Shown piece after piece: positions 35,470-45,449 of a stretch of DNA of 46,464 nt (position 1 is its first letter; each line of letters begins with the position of its first letter). This stretch comes from Candidatus Micrarchaeota archaeon (lineage in GTDB: Archaea > Micrarchaeota > Micrarchaeia > Micrarchaeales > CABMGC01): the NCBI GenBank assembly GCA_028866935.1, contig JAGWHH010000002.1:1-46464 (forward strand), written 5' to 3'. The translations under genes were made by a program, and so were the position numbers. The notes beneath the pieces are model-generated. The model saw only the letters and a program-made list of their open reading frames with translations. It was not told the origin of the DNA and ran no database searches.

Positions 35470-36774
35470 GTGATAATAGTCGGGGGAGGAGTGGTAGGCA
35501 CGGCCCTGCTATACCTGCTATCCAACTATTCAAAGGCAAGGGTACTGCTGCTAGAGAAGTACGAGACCAATGCAAAATTGAACTCAAACAGCAAGAATAA
35601 CGGTCAGACGCTCCATTTCGGGGACATAGAGACCACATATACCTTAGAAAAGGCAAAAAGGACAAAAGCAGCTTCAGAAATGCTCTTGGTATACACAAGC
35701 AAGCTGCCTACAGCGCAAAGGAACACAATCCTGTCCAAGACGCCACAGATGGTCCTTGCAGTAGGAAGCGAAGAGGTCGAATTCCTCAGGAAGAAGTACG
35801 ATCCAAAGTACCGCGCCCTTTTTCCTGGCATGCGAATGATAAACAAAAAAGAAATAGGAAGGCTTGAGCCAAACCTGCTAAAGGGGAGGGACAGGGCAGA
35901 GGCGCTGATTGCGGCTTACTCCGCAGCTGGTTACGGGATAGACTTCGGAAGGCTGTCAGACTCCTTCGTCAAGAAGGCGCAAGGAGCCAAGGTGTCATTC
36001 AACGATGGGGTCATCAGCGTGAAGCAGACCACAGATGGGTATTCGCTAAAGACCACAAAATCCAGCTACTGTGCAAGGTTCGTAGTATTTTCTGCAGGTG
36101 CGCAGAGCTTGAAGTTCGCAAAGCAACTAGGCTATGGCCTAAGCCTATCAGTGATCCCGATACTGGGTAGTTTTTATTATTCAAGGGCGGTGGTCAAAAG
36201 CAAAATATACACTGTCCAGGGAGGTAGCATACCTTTTCTGGGTGCGCACGCAGACCCCGATATAAATTCAAAGGACAGGACACGCTTCGGCCCAACCATA
36301 ACTCCTTACCCCTTTCTCGAAAAGTCAAAGCCCCTAACAATTATCGACCATCTTAATGCAGTAGGCATGGACCTTGATTACATGAGGAGCATTACCAACA
36401 TAATGCGCAATAAAGACCTCTCCAGCGCATTTTTAAGAAATCTGGGATATAGGATACCTCTGCTGGGAAAACCCTCATTTGTCAAAGATCAAGTACAAAA
36501 GATAGTCCCATCGCTGAGGAATGAGGATGTAAAATACGATATAAGCTCAGGAGGCATAAGGCCGCAAATAATAGACAAGTCCAAACGGTCAATAAATGTA
36601 GGGGAGTCTACGTTATCTGGAGAATCAATAATATTTAACATAACCCCATCTCCGGGCGCAAGCTCATGCCTGAGGATAGCTCTGGACAATGCAAATGAGA
36701 TAGCAAGAAGTCTTGACATCAAGCTTGACAGTACACGGATTCAAGAGGATTTCAAGGCAGCGGCCCATGCATAG
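35470..36774 (+). CDS. FAD-dependent oxidoreductase (malate:quinone oxidoreductase-like or 2-hydroxyglutarate oxidase-like)
   Basis: N-terminal dinucleotide fold IIVGGGVVGTALLYLL...LLEK. NSNSKNNGQTLHFGDIETTYT resembles the MQO family. GTG start. Confidence 0.7.
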   Translation: MIIVGGGVVGTALLYLLSNYSKARVLLLEKYETNAKLNSNSKNNGQTLHFGDIETTYTLEKAKRTKAASEMLLVYTSKLPTAQRNTILSKTPQMVLAVGSEEVEFLRKKYDPKYRALFPGMRMINKKEIGRLEPNLLKGRDRAEALIAAYSAAGYGIDFGRLSDSFVKKAQGAKVSFNDGVISVKQTTDGYSLKTTKSSYCARFVVFSAGAQSLKFAKQLGYGLSLSVIPILGSFYYSRAVVKSKIYTVQGGSIPFLGAHADPDINSKDRTRFGPTITPYPFLEKSKPLTIIDHLNAVGMDLDYMRSITNIMRNKDLSSAFLRNLGYRIPLLGKPSFVKDQVQKIVPSLRNEDVKYDISSGGIRPQIIDKSKRSINVGESTLSGESIIFNITPSPGASSCLRIALDNANEIARSLDIKLDSTRIQEDFKAAAHA

Positions 36775-37646
36775 ATATTCTTGGCAAGCACGGTTTCATT
36801 ACTAGTAAAGGAATGATTTGCATCAGGTATGACAAGCTTTGAAAAATGCATGGACCTAGACTTCCTTGAAAGTATGTCAAGATGCTTATCAACGTGCATG
36901 AGCCTATACTCCTCTTCGCTGCCAAAGACTGCCAATATCGGCACTTTTATGGCACCAAATTCCTTCATAGGCCCGCTATAATCAAGCAGCCTTGCCTCAA
37001 CCCTGCCAAGGTTTATCTGCGAATCAAGACGCTGCGCACAAAGGCCTATCTCCAGATCAGGTATAACCTCCCCCTTTCCCTTTGAAATAAGCCTCTTGCA
37101 CTTGCCCTTCACTACGGCATACCTTCTGCCTAGCTGCTTTTTCAGCAAGTTATAATCATCAGCCGGCCCAAGCAGTGCAATCCCAGACACTCTCCTATCG
37201 TGCATTTTGTACTGATAATAGATTGCTTTCTGGCATCCTGTGCTATGTCCACATAAAATAAATTTCCTAAATCCAAGCTTTTGCATTGCATCTATCGCCC
37301 CCCCTATATCATATACGCTATCCTCAAATTTTTCAAACGAAGTCCCAGCCCTGAAACGCACTCTCTTTGCGCCAATAAATTTCGACATAGAGCTTACCTG
37401 GTCATGCCCACGGTTATTGAAAGAAAATAGTCCAAATCCCTGGGGCAGAGCGTTTGCAAGCGCACCTACTATGCTGCTTACAAAGGATCCGGTCATTCCA
37501 TGTATGTATATCAAACACGTCTTAGCGTCGCTCGAATCTGCAAACAGGATTCCGTTGAGCTTAACTTTATCCTTTGTAAGGAACCTGACTATCCTGCCGC
37601 TCTTCCAGACCTCGCTATGTTCCATGCAAACACTATAATAAATCAA
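36741..37646 (-). CDS. alpha/beta-fold hydrolase
   Basis: IYIHGMTGSF and the GHSTGC nucleophile elbow. 301 aa. Confidence 0.75.
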   Translation of the reverse strand: MIYYSVCMEHSEVWKSGRIVRFLTKDKVKLNGILFADSSDAKTCLIYIHGMTGSFVSSIVGALANALPQGFGLFSFNNRGHDQVSSMSKFIGAKRVRFRAGTSFEKFEDSVYDIGGAIDAMQKLGFRKFILCGHSTGCQKAIYYQYKMHDRRVSGIALLGPADDYNLLKKQLGRRYAVVKGKCKRLISKGKGEVIPDLEIGLCAQRLDSQINLGRVEARLLDYSGPMKEFGAIKVPILAVFGSEEEYRLMHVDKHLDILSRKSRSMHFSKLVIPDANHSFTSNETVLAKNIYAWAAALKSS

Positions 37647-37684
37647 GCTTAATATATTTAGACGTCACTTATTTTGCTATTATC

Positions 37685-37759
37685 GGGCCTGTAACTCAGC
37701 TTGGCCAGAGTGGAAGGCTTTTAACCTTTAAGTCGAGGGTTCAAATCCCTCCAGGCCCG
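37685..37759 (+). tRNA. tRNA-Lys (anticodon TTT)
   Basis: Acceptor gggcctg/caggccc, D arm actc...gagt, anticodon arm gaagg-ctTTTaa-ccttt, T arm gaggg-ttcaaat-ccctc. Confidence 0.85.
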
Positions 37760-38602
37760 CTATCTTTTCCAAGAAATAAGCCTTACCAGAAGGTAAAGCC
37801 CGAACACAATGCTGACTATGAAGAAACTGACAGGGTAGGGCTCGTAAAAAGCTATAAGAAGCCCTGACCATGTGGCTATAAGTGCAATAAGGACAGAGAT
37901 TGCTATTGCATAGGTTGGCTTCTTGGTAAGCCTCACTGCCGTTGCGGCTGGGGTAACCATAAGCGCAAAGATAAGCAGCACTCCGCTTACCTGAATTGCA
38001 ATTGACACTGAAGCTGCAAGAAGTAGCATGAAAATTGCACCAAGCAGCACAGTATGCATGCCCTTCGCCTCAGCGACTTCCTCATCAAGTGAGGCAAATA
38101 GGATTGGTCTATACACGAACGCCGCAGCGACAAGAATCACAACGCTTACTATGGCGGTTATCAGGACTCCGTAGCTACTTATGCCAAGTATCTCTCCAAA
38201 GAGTATCGAGTATGCCTCAGTTGCATATCCTGTGTACAGGCTTATGAACAGCAAGCCAAGCCCAAGCGCAAACGCAAGCACTGAACCTATCTCCACATCA
38301 CGGTTCGTAGCGCGCTTGCCAAGCAATGCTATAATCAGCCCCCCTGTCATCGAAGCGCCAAGCAGTCCAAAAAGCGGATTTATCCCTATAAGAGCGGATC
38401 CTGCAGCGCCTGCAAATCCTATCTCTGCATAAGCATGAGCTGCAAAAGATGTGCGGCGCAATATGACAAGATACCCAATTATCCCAGCAACTATGGCGAT
38501 TATCGTGCCTGCTTCGAACGCATGTTGCATAAACTGGTATTGGAAAATGCTATGAAATGCCGCTAAAAGATTAACGCTCAACATCATGGTGTTCCTCCTC
38601 AT
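37760..38602 (-). CDS. ABC-3 family metal (Zn/Mn-type) transporter permease
   Basis: About 8 TM helices with ZnuB/TroC-like composition. Overlaps the ATPase gene. The true start may be one of the Met residues a few codons downstream. Confidence 0.85.
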   Translation of the reverse strand: MRRNTMMLSVNLLAAFHSIFQYQFMQHAFEAGTIIAIVAGIIGYLVILRRTSFAAHAYAEIGFAGAAGSALIGINPLFGLLGASMTGGLIIALLGKRATNRDVEIGSVLAFALGLGLLFISLYTGYATEAYSILFGEILGISSYGVLITAIVSVVILVAAAFVYRPILFASLDEEVAEAKGMHTVLLGAIFMLLLAASVSIAIQVSGVLLIFALMVTPAATAVRLTKKPTYAIAISVLIALIATWSGLLIAFYEPYPVSFFIVSIVFGLYLLVRLISWKR

Positions 38603-39425
38603 CTGGCGGTTGCTCGTTCATTCCATATACGCTGTGTATTAGTATGTGCCCCATTGAGTCATGTAGCACTTCAACGTGTGTTCCATACAGCTCGCTGAGC
38701 TTTTTCGAAGTCAATACCTCTTTTGGGGTCCCTGTTGCAACCTTTCCGTTCGCTATGTATATTACCTTGTCAAGGAACTGGATCAAAGGGTTGATGTCGT
38801 GCGCAACAAGGAAGGTCGTGACCTTTCGCGACTGCACAACGCTGTCTATAAGACTTACCAGATCGCTTGCACGCTTGATGTCAAGGTTGGATAGCGGCTC
38901 GTCAAGCAGCAGCATTTCTGGATTGCTTACAAGTGCCTCAGCAAGAAATATCCTCTGGAGCTCCCCTCCAGATAGCGATGCCAGTGACTTGTGGGCAAGT
39001 TCAGCTGCTCCTACGTCCTTTAATGCCTTATATGCTAACTCTTTCTCTTTGCTTGACGTCAGGCCTATCCCCCACTTATGGCCAGAAATAGCAAGATGCA
39101 CCAGTTCTATGCACTCTATATTTGTCTCGTTGTCTATTGTGTGCCTCTGGGGAACATAACCTATCCTTTGGTTGCCACGCATTGGCGGCTCACCAAAAAC
39201 CTTTAAATCTCCGCTTACCGGCTCCTGGAGACCAAGGAGCATGCGGAACATTGTCGTCTTGCCAGCGCCGTTAGGCCCTATTACGGCAACGAACTCCCCA
39301 CGCTTGACCTCGAAGTTCGCACTCTGCCATATTTTTTTATCCTTGTATCCCACAGTCAGGTTTTTCGCCTTAACCACATCCTCGCGCATATCGGTCTTGA
39401 TCACTTTAGTATTCATAATAATCAT
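38571..39425 (-). CDS. metal ABC transporter ATP-binding protein
   Basis: Walker A GPNGAGKTT, signature LSGGELQR, Walker B LLLDEP. Confidence 0.9.
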   Translation of the reverse strand: MIIMNTKVIKTDMREDVVKAKNLTVGYKDKKIWQSANFEVKRGEFVAVIGPNGAGKTTMFRMLLGLQEPVSGDLKVFGEPPMRGNQRIGYVPQRHTIDNETNIECIELVHLAISGHKWGIGLTSSKEKELAYKALKDVGAAELAHKSLASLSGGELQRIFLAEALVSNPEMLLLDEPLSNLDIKRASDLVSLIDSVVQSRKVTTFLVAHDINPLIQFLDKVIYIANGKVATGTPKEVLTSKKLSELYGTHVEVLHDSMGHILIHSVYGMNEQPPDEEEHHDVER

Positions 39426-39430
39426 TTACC

Positions 39431-40405
39431 TTACTGCCCAAGGGTCTTTGCACTGAGCGCATTCTGAAGCTGCAGCAGCTCACCAGTCATCCATGTCTCA
39501 AAAGAAACATCAGGGGGCTGAATCGTCTCAGTAACTCCAACTATTGACACATTGTTCTGGACTGCAATCTGTTTCATATGCTGCGTAAGCGGAGTTACAG
39601 TCTGCTCATTGTATACCAGTACGCTCACATTTCCGCTCTCCAACTGGTTCTGGAACTCTGCAACACTCTGCACGGAAGGATCGTTTCCATTAGATACTGC
39701 CTCCATGAATTCTGGAGGAGAGACAAGGTCAAGTCCAGACGCATTAGCCAGATATACGAAGATGCTCTCGGTAGAAGCGACCTTTGTGCCTGCGAACTGC
39801 TGCTTAATCTCACTTATCCTCCTGTCAACCTGCGCCAGTGAAGCAGTAACATTCGCATATTGCTGCGCATAATAGCTTGCGTTATTCGGATCAATCTGCA
39901 CAAGGTCCAGATACATCTGCTTTACGGTTGCATTCACATATGTGGGGTTGTACCAAAGGTGCGGATTCGATCCGTTAGGCACTCCAAGAAGGTCTGCAAC
40001 ATCCAACACCCTCCTCCCTGAATTATTGCTTGCTGAAATGAGCTTCAGTGCCCAATCATCATATCCCACCCCATTAACCACTACGAACTTTGCATTTGCT
40101 ATCATCTTCGCATCCACTGCACTCGCCTCATACTCGTGAGGGTCTGCATTCGGGTCTGTAACTATACTAGTCACGTTGCAGTGTATTCCACACAGCTGCC
40201 CAAGCAAGCTTCCCCAGAAGTTTTCCGCTGCAACAACTTGTATCTTTCCAATTCCAGGACTCTGTGAATTGCCTCCAGCAGAAGCCGTGGTTGGTGCAGG
40301 TCCAGAGCCTCCAGCTCCGACACTTCCAAGTACTAAAATTCCAGCTATTATAATCACTATCACAGCAGCAATTGCCATCATTTTGTTCCTGTTTCTAATT
40401 GCCAT
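39431..40405 (-). CDS. metal ABC transporter substrate-binding protein (ZnuA/TroA-like), membrane anchored
   Basis: DPHEY and NPHLW motifs, with an N-terminal TM/signal MMAIAAVIVIIIAGILVL. The ATG at 40405 is preceded by aaggagga; the track ORF starts at an upstream TTG (40435). Confidence 0.85.
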   Translation of the reverse strand: MAIRNRNKMMAIAAVIVIIIAGILVLGSVGAGGSGPAPTTASAGGNSQSPGIGKIQVVAAENFWGSLLGQLCGIHCNVTSIVTDPNADPHEYEASAVDAKMIANAKFVVVNGVGYDDWALKLISASNNSGRRVLDVADLLGVPNGSNPHLWYNPTYVNATVKQMYLDLVQIDPNNASYYAQQYANVTASLAQVDRRISEIKQQFAGTKVASTESIFVYLANASGLDLVSPPEFMEAVSNGNDPSVQSVAEFQNQLESGNVSVLVYNEQTVTPLTQHMKQIAVQNNVSIVGVTETIQPPDVSFETWMTGELLQLQNALSAKTLGQ

Positions 40406-40507
40406 TGTATCCTCCTTTAAGTAATTTATGGGCAACGGCCATGTTAATAAGTTTTTGCATTCTTATTATTAAGAATAGCCGCCATTTAGCTCTAATTTTA
40501 ATAAAAA

Positions 40508-40906
40508 GTGGTATTTCTGGAAATTATAAGTATCTCAATAGATGAAGAGACCCTGAGCGAGCTAAACGAGATACAGCGTGCGCTAGGATTCAAAAGCAGG
40601 TCAAAGATGCTAAGATCGACAATAGACTTGCTGCTGGGCGAATACAGGGCCTTGGAATCCCTAAATGGCAGGCACGAGGTTGTATTCATTATAACCTACA
40701 GGGACAAGGAAAAGAACCACGTGTCAAACATACTGCACAAGTTCGAAAATGAAGTCAAGGTTACTGTCCATCAGCACAGGGGAACAATGTGCCTTGATAC
40801 CTTGAACATAGACGCCGATTCTGAGGTAATAAAACGTCTTTTCAAGGAAATGAAAGGCAGCAAGTGCATAAGGTCGCTAAACTTCGCCCTATTGGGGCAT
40901 TACTAA
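40508..40906 (+). CDS. NikR-family ribbon-helix-helix metal-responsive transcriptional regulator
   Basis: N-terminal RHH (ISISIDEETLSELNEI) and a C-terminal metal-site-like VHQHRGTMCLDTL. Divergent from the ABC importer. GTG start. Confidence 0.7.
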   Translation: MVFLEIISISIDEETLSELNEIQRALGFKSRSKMLRSTIDLLLGEYRALESLNGRHEVVFIITYRDKEKNHVSNILHKFENEVKVTVHQHRGTMCLDTLNIDADSEVIKRLFKEMKGSKCIRSLNFALLGHY

Positions 40907-40959
40907 TGATATTTATATCAGTAAAGTGCGATGCACATTAATTATCAGGTGTTACAAGC

Positions 40960-42225
40960 GTGAACAGGGAAAAAAGAAAGATAAGCAAGGCCAAGAATTA
41001 TCTAGCACACAGGGGATATTCAACTTCAAAGGCAGATCCAGATGATCAGACGTTTCAAAGGCGCCTTAAAATGGCAAAAGCTTACAGTGAAGGTCGGAAA
41101 AGACTATACTCTACACTTGCTCTTATTGCTTCAGGCGTAGCATGGGCAGGATTAATTGCTGTTGAGGCAAATACTCACTCCATGATACAACAGAATCCCC
41201 AAATCAAATCCATAAAAGCACAAGTACCTCCAGGGGGGTACCGGGCAATAGGGATATCTGCAGTAGGTACCAATTATCAATGCAGCCAAACATATCTCTG
41301 CGGACCATTCGGCACCCCGGTAAATACTGGAGAAATAGTTGGATATGCAAAAATAAATAGCATCAAAGTATCAAAGGATGTTACCTCGTCCGGAAATGGT
41401 ATTGTTGAAGGGCAGCGGCAGGCCAGCCTTCAGCTTAATGCATACGTCGATTTGACCTCTGGCACCGCAGCAAATATAAAAAACAATTATATCTGGGTTC
41501 AAAATGTAATGACAATAGATAATGTTAGCTCTACTATAAGTTTCAGTGACTCTATCTATCCTGGTTATTCGTACGATACGACCATTAATGACTTTAGAAA
41601 AGCTCCCCCTCTGCACTTTAACCAAAGAACCATCAAAGGCCAAGGCACATCACAGGGCAACGTGTATCAATACGATCCAAATAACACAACTTATCCTTAT
41701 AAAAAAGGCACACAAGTATATCTTACAATTAAGGCTGGGCAGATAGCAGATTATCCCGTCTTGGAATTTGGCTACGCTGTTGTAGACAAAAAAGCCACAG
41801 TATCCTCAGGAATTTATGATACGGTAACATTGATGGTGCCAGTGGCTCAGACTAATTACTCCGGAAATATACCGCAGATTGTAGCTCAAAATAGCGGAGG
41901 CCAAGATGCATATACTAACAACAGCCAAAATCGCGTAGACTTGGTATTCTGCGGACCTTACAACGGTGAAAATGCTGTCTTTAAAAGTATGAATGCAAAC
42001 CTCGCACTTTATTTCCAAGCTGAAGATGGAACATTCCAGCAACTAAACTCCATGTATGCATCATCACAAGACACAGGAGAAGGTACCTCTAATCTAAGGA
42101 CAACTGTACCAAAAACCGGCTACATAATCGTAAATACCGGCGAATTGAATGGGAGAGAAGAATCAGAAGCAAACTTTCCAATAGCCTCCCTCCTCAGGGA
42201 CCCTTCAACTGCATCTAATTTCTAA
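40960..42225 (+). CDS. thermopsin-like (peptidase A5 family) protein with N-terminal basic tail and TM anchor
   Basis: ASLQLNAYV...NNYIWVQNVMTIDN...ISFSDSIY resembles the conserved thermopsin core. TM helix LYSTLALIASGVAWAGLIAV. Confidence 0.6.
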   Translation: MNREKRKISKAKNYLAHRGYSTSKADPDDQTFQRRLKMAKAYSEGRKRLYSTLALIASGVAWAGLIAVEANTHSMIQQNPQIKSIKAQVPPGGYRAIGISAVGTNYQCSQTYLCGPFGTPVNTGEIVGYAKINSIKVSKDVTSSGNGIVEGQRQASLQLNAYVDLTSGTAANIKNNYIWVQNVMTIDNVSSTISFSDSIYPGYSYDTTINDFRKAPPLHFNQRTIKGQGTSQGNVYQYDPNNTTYPYKKGTQVYLTIKAGQIADYPVLEFGYAVVDKKATVSSGIYDTVTLMVPVAQTNYSGNIPQIVAQNSGGQDAYTNNSQNRVDLVFCGPYNGENAVFKSMNANLALYFQAEDGTFQQLNSMYASSQDTGEGTSNLRTTVPKTGYIIVNTGELNGREESEANFPIASLLRDPSTASNF

Positions 42226-42265
42226 GAGCGCCACTGATTTGAAAGGATTATAGCCTTTTCCACTA

Positions 42266-43831
42266 ATGAATAAAACAGAGATGCCTATGGATAAATCTAA
42301 GGAAGATATGCGGGGTAAGCATTGGACGCAGATACTTGCAGACCAGCTTGAAGAGGCCAAAAAAGCCCCATACGTAATAACAGGAGGCATGACTACCAGC
42401 GGACCTGCCCATTTAGGTACTGTATGCGAGTTCCTTTATCCTGAGGTTCTGAAACAGACACTGGAAGGCAGGGGCAAGACGGTAGAGTTTCACTTCATTG
42501 GAGATATACTAGACGCGTTCGATGGAATTCCATACGAGATGCAAAAATACTCAGATGTACTTACCCCGGAGCTTGGAAAGCCTCTCGTATACACAAAGGA
42601 TCCGCTAGACTGTCATAAATCATTCGGAGAGCACTACCTTGACCAGGCAAGGAATCTTATGAAAAAACTTTCCTTAAGCATTGATGTAATTGAAGTTAAC
42701 CGGCTTTACGACCAGGGAAAGTTTGATCCGTATGCGATGCTGTTTCTGGAAAACGAGCAGAAAACAAGGGAGATAGTCGCTATAACTTCACTGAGGAAGG
42801 TAGAGGACCTTAAGGACTGGAGCCCCCTAATGCCCATATGCCACAAGTGCGGCAAGATAGCAACCACAAGGGTAATCTTACACACAAACGACGAATATGA
42901 TTATGTATGCGATAGGGATGTTGAGTATACAAAAGGTTGCGGTTACAAAGGCAGGGCAAAGCTCTCAGATCACAAATACAAGCTTCAGTGGAGGCTTCAC
43001 TGGCCTTCCTGGCAGGCGATATTCAACTCAAGCATAGAAGGTAGCGGCATAGACCACATGACAAAAGGAGGCAGCGCGACAACTGCTCCAATGATACATA
43101 CTGATTTGCTAAAAAGAGAACCACCAATTCTCTTCAAGTACGGATTCATACTGATAAACGGCAAGAAGTACTCGAAGTCAAAGGGAATAGGCATGAGTGC
43201 AACTGAGCTCATGGAGCTTGTACCACCTGAGCTAGTAAAGTATGTACTCACAGAGCCCGACGTACAGCGTGACAAGGACATAGATCCCACTGGCGACAAG
43301 CTAATACTTTTGTATAACGAGATAGAACGCATAAATGCGCTTAAGGCACCTGAGAACAGGGCAGACGAGAAAAAGGTCTTGGCATTCAAAGTGTCAATAA
43401 AGTCATTATCATGGAAGGCATCGTTTGTTGACGTATTACTTAACTACCAGATATTCAAAGACTGGAAAAAGGTCGGTGCGCTCCTGAATGATCCCCAAGG
43501 CGTGGCATACCTTGCACCTTACATAGAGAGATGGCTTGCAAAGGGATTTGCACCGGAAAGGTATAATTTCTCTATAAAAAATGGAAAGATAACAGAAAGT
43601 AAAGAACTTGTAAAGGATTTCATCTCGCATCTCAAGCCAGGAATGACAGATCTTGAAGTACACAACCTTATCTATCAAACTGCAAAAGCAAATAACATCA
43701 GTGCTGACCCTCTTTTTGCTGCGCTGTACACTGCACTGATAGGAAAGGAGAAAGGGCCCAGGGCGGGAAAGCTCATAGCCTCTATTGGTATAGCAAAAGT
43801 CAAGGAAATGCTCGAATATTCAATAAGCTAA
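42266..43831 (+). CDS. lysK: lysyl-tRNA synthetase, class I
   Basis: HIGH-like PAHLGT and KMSKS-like KYSKSKG. 521 aa, with archaeal class I LysRS architecture. Confidence 0.9.
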   Translation: MNKTEMPMDKSKEDMRGKHWTQILADQLEEAKKAPYVITGGMTTSGPAHLGTVCEFLYPEVLKQTLEGRGKTVEFHFIGDILDAFDGIPYEMQKYSDVLTPELGKPLVYTKDPLDCHKSFGEHYLDQARNLMKKLSLSIDVIEVNRLYDQGKFDPYAMLFLENEQKTREIVAITSLRKVEDLKDWSPLMPICHKCGKIATTRVILHTNDEYDYVCDRDVEYTKGCGYKGRAKLSDHKYKLQWRLHWPSWQAIFNSSIEGSGIDHMTKGGSATTAPMIHTDLLKREPPILFKYGFILINGKKYSKSKGIGMSATELMELVPPELVKYVLTEPDVQRDKDIDPTGDKLILLYNEIERINALKAPENRADEKKVLAFKVSIKSLSWKASFVDVLLNYQIFKDWKKVGALLNDPQGVAYLAPYIERWLAKGFAPERYNFSIKNGKITESKELVKDFISHLKPGMTDLEVHNLIYQTAKANNISADPLFAALYTALIGKEKGPRAGKLIASIGIAKVKEMLEYSIS

Positions 43832-43871
43832 ACTTTCCGTTATGGCGCTATTTAGCTCAAAACCTGACATG

Positions 43872-44693
43872 AATACCTAGGGCATTCGCCAAACCTCGTT
43901 GTGGTTGAAGCTTATTGTGCAGTAAATATACGCTTTTATGATGAGAAATACTTAACTCTACGCGATGTTCGTTGCGCTGAAGTGCCAACTATGGATTTAA
44001 AGTATGGGGTATGCGGGCAAGAAATCTGACTGCCTTTTAAGGCGGAGATGAATTGACTCCACAGCGTGAGACAAACAAATATCTTTTCCTCCAGAAAAAT
44101 ATCAGTGGCAGCAGTGCCGCGGTCATTACGCGGCCGGACACTACCACCGAAGGAACCAATATAAATGGCGTGAGCTTTGAGTCGAAATCTGTGCACGGTG
44201 TCGGGCAACTTGTTTTCCACCTTGAGTGGTGCCCGAAGTATCGGTACAATATGTTGAGGCAGGAAAGATTTAAGGATTTTCTTGCCACGATCTTGGAAGA
44301 GGAGTCAACGAAACTTCGTTGCCGAATTATCGAGATGGGAATAGAAGACGACCATGTCCACCTTGTTATTGCAACGAGACAATCAATTTCCATCAGCGAA
44401 CTGCTCCAACATCTGAAAGGCAAGAGTTCGTACAAACTATTTCGATACGAACCAAAGTTCAGGCTTCGATATCCAAAGGGAAGTTTCTGGAGCCCAGAAA
44501 AATTTTACAGGAGTGTCGGCGATGTGGACTTAGAAACAGTAAGGAACTATGTCAGAAAACAGGACCATAGGCAGAGGACACTTGCAATGTAACTGCACTG
44601 CAAGCGAGGGCGTCAGAATCCGCACCCTTTAGGGTTTGCGGAGGGACGCCCGAGCTGCCTAGGGTTCATAAGGGGCGAAGCCCCTTATCTCAA
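43872..44693 (+). mobile_element. IS200/IS605-like element 1 (Y1 transposase only, no tnpB)
   Basis: About 110 nt of left end and about 35 nt of right end are conserved with element 2. Left-end hairpin 43961-43976, right-end hairpins 44608-44651 and 44668-44688. Confidence 0.65.
44053..44592 (+). CDS. tnpA: IS200/IS605 family Y1 (HUH) transposase TnpA
   Basis: FHLEWCPKYRY, HUH motif DDHVHLVI, LKGKSSYKLF, FWSPEKFYRSVG, and the catalytic-Tyr motif RNYVRKQ. The real start is probably an internal GTG (44170 or 44191). Confidence 0.8.
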   Translation: MTPQRETNKYLFLQKNISGSSAAVITRPDTTTEGTNINGVSFESKSVHGVGQLVFHLEWCPKYRYNMLRQERFKDFLATILEEESTKLRCRIIEMGIEDDHVHLVIATRQSISISELLQHLKGKSSYKLFRYEPKFRLRYPKGSFWSPEKFYRSVGDVDLETVRNYVRKQDHRQRTLAM

Positions 44694-44783
44694 GCCTCCC
44701 AAAATAACGGACTTTTCCAAAACGTTGGCACAGACCTATCTGCATTTATATATGAGACTTTGTAACTCAAATATTGTGATAAA

Positions 44784-45449
44784 ATGGCAGTTGCAGTGAA
44801 AACAAAGTTGAAATTTACAGAGTTTCAGGTAGGGAATCTTACTGTAGGCGTGGTCAGGACGGATGCAGACCATGCTGCCTCCATGAGGGCGCTTAGGGAA
44901 AACGGATACGAACCAATGACTACACACCAGCAGGTTCTTACTTCAATAGATGGAAACGAAGGCCTTAAAGGAAGTCTGAAGGGGACGTGGTTCCACACAG
45001 ACATTGATCCAAGATCGATTGGTAGCAGAGATGGATTGAGAGGATTTACTGAGAAAGGAAAGTTTACCGAACCAGGTTCTGATATTGAAAGAAATGTTCG
45101 TGTCTGGTCAGGAAGCAACCCTGTCCGGGTCTTCGTCAGGTCGGACTACTACGCTCGTCTCAGCAGCAGGCGATACTACCTCTACGCGAACCTCAGGCCT
45201 GGTCTTGTTGCGCCGGTGGTGCTTGGCATCAAGCAAGTAGGGCAGCCAAGCCAAGCTCAAGCTGGCGTCCTAGAAGCAGCACAAGCTTCAAAACAGTTGC
45301 AAACAGCAGTACAGAACGTAGCAAGAAGCTTAGGTCCTGCCGAAGAGGTAGTCTCAAGAATTGAAGAGTCTGGCTTGATGAGAAATGCGGACTTCAGGAA
45401 GCTTAAGGCTCTAGTAAGAGACGCAGCAAAACTTGGACAAATAAGTTAA
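44784..45449 (+). CDS. hypothetical protein, member B of the paralogous family, located between the two IS200-like elements
   Basis: KGTWFHTD and ERNVRVWSGSNPVRVFV...SRRYYLYANLRPGLVAPVVLGIK blocks, plus a helical Q/A-rich C-terminal tail like member A. Confidence 0.6.
   Translation: MAVAVKTKLKFTEFQVGNLTVGVVRTDADHAASMRALRENGYEPMTTHQQVLTSIDGNEGLKGSLKGTWFHTDIDPRSIGSRDGLRGFTEKGKFTEPGSDIERNVRVWSGSNPVRVFVRSDYYARLSSRRYYLYANLRPGLVAPVVLGIKQVGQPSQAQAGVLEAAQASKQLQTAVQNVARSLGPAEEVVSRIEESGLMRNADFRKLKALVRDAAKLGQIS

Noticed and set aside
43991-44029. 12-codon ORF starting at the conserved caacTATG of IS element 1; considered as a frameshifted N-terminus of TnpA
   Set aside because: It is in a different frame from the TnpA ORF and ends after 12 codons. 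The downstream sequence shows no similarity to the element-2 N-terminus. It is more likely that TnpA-1 simply starts at an internal GTG.
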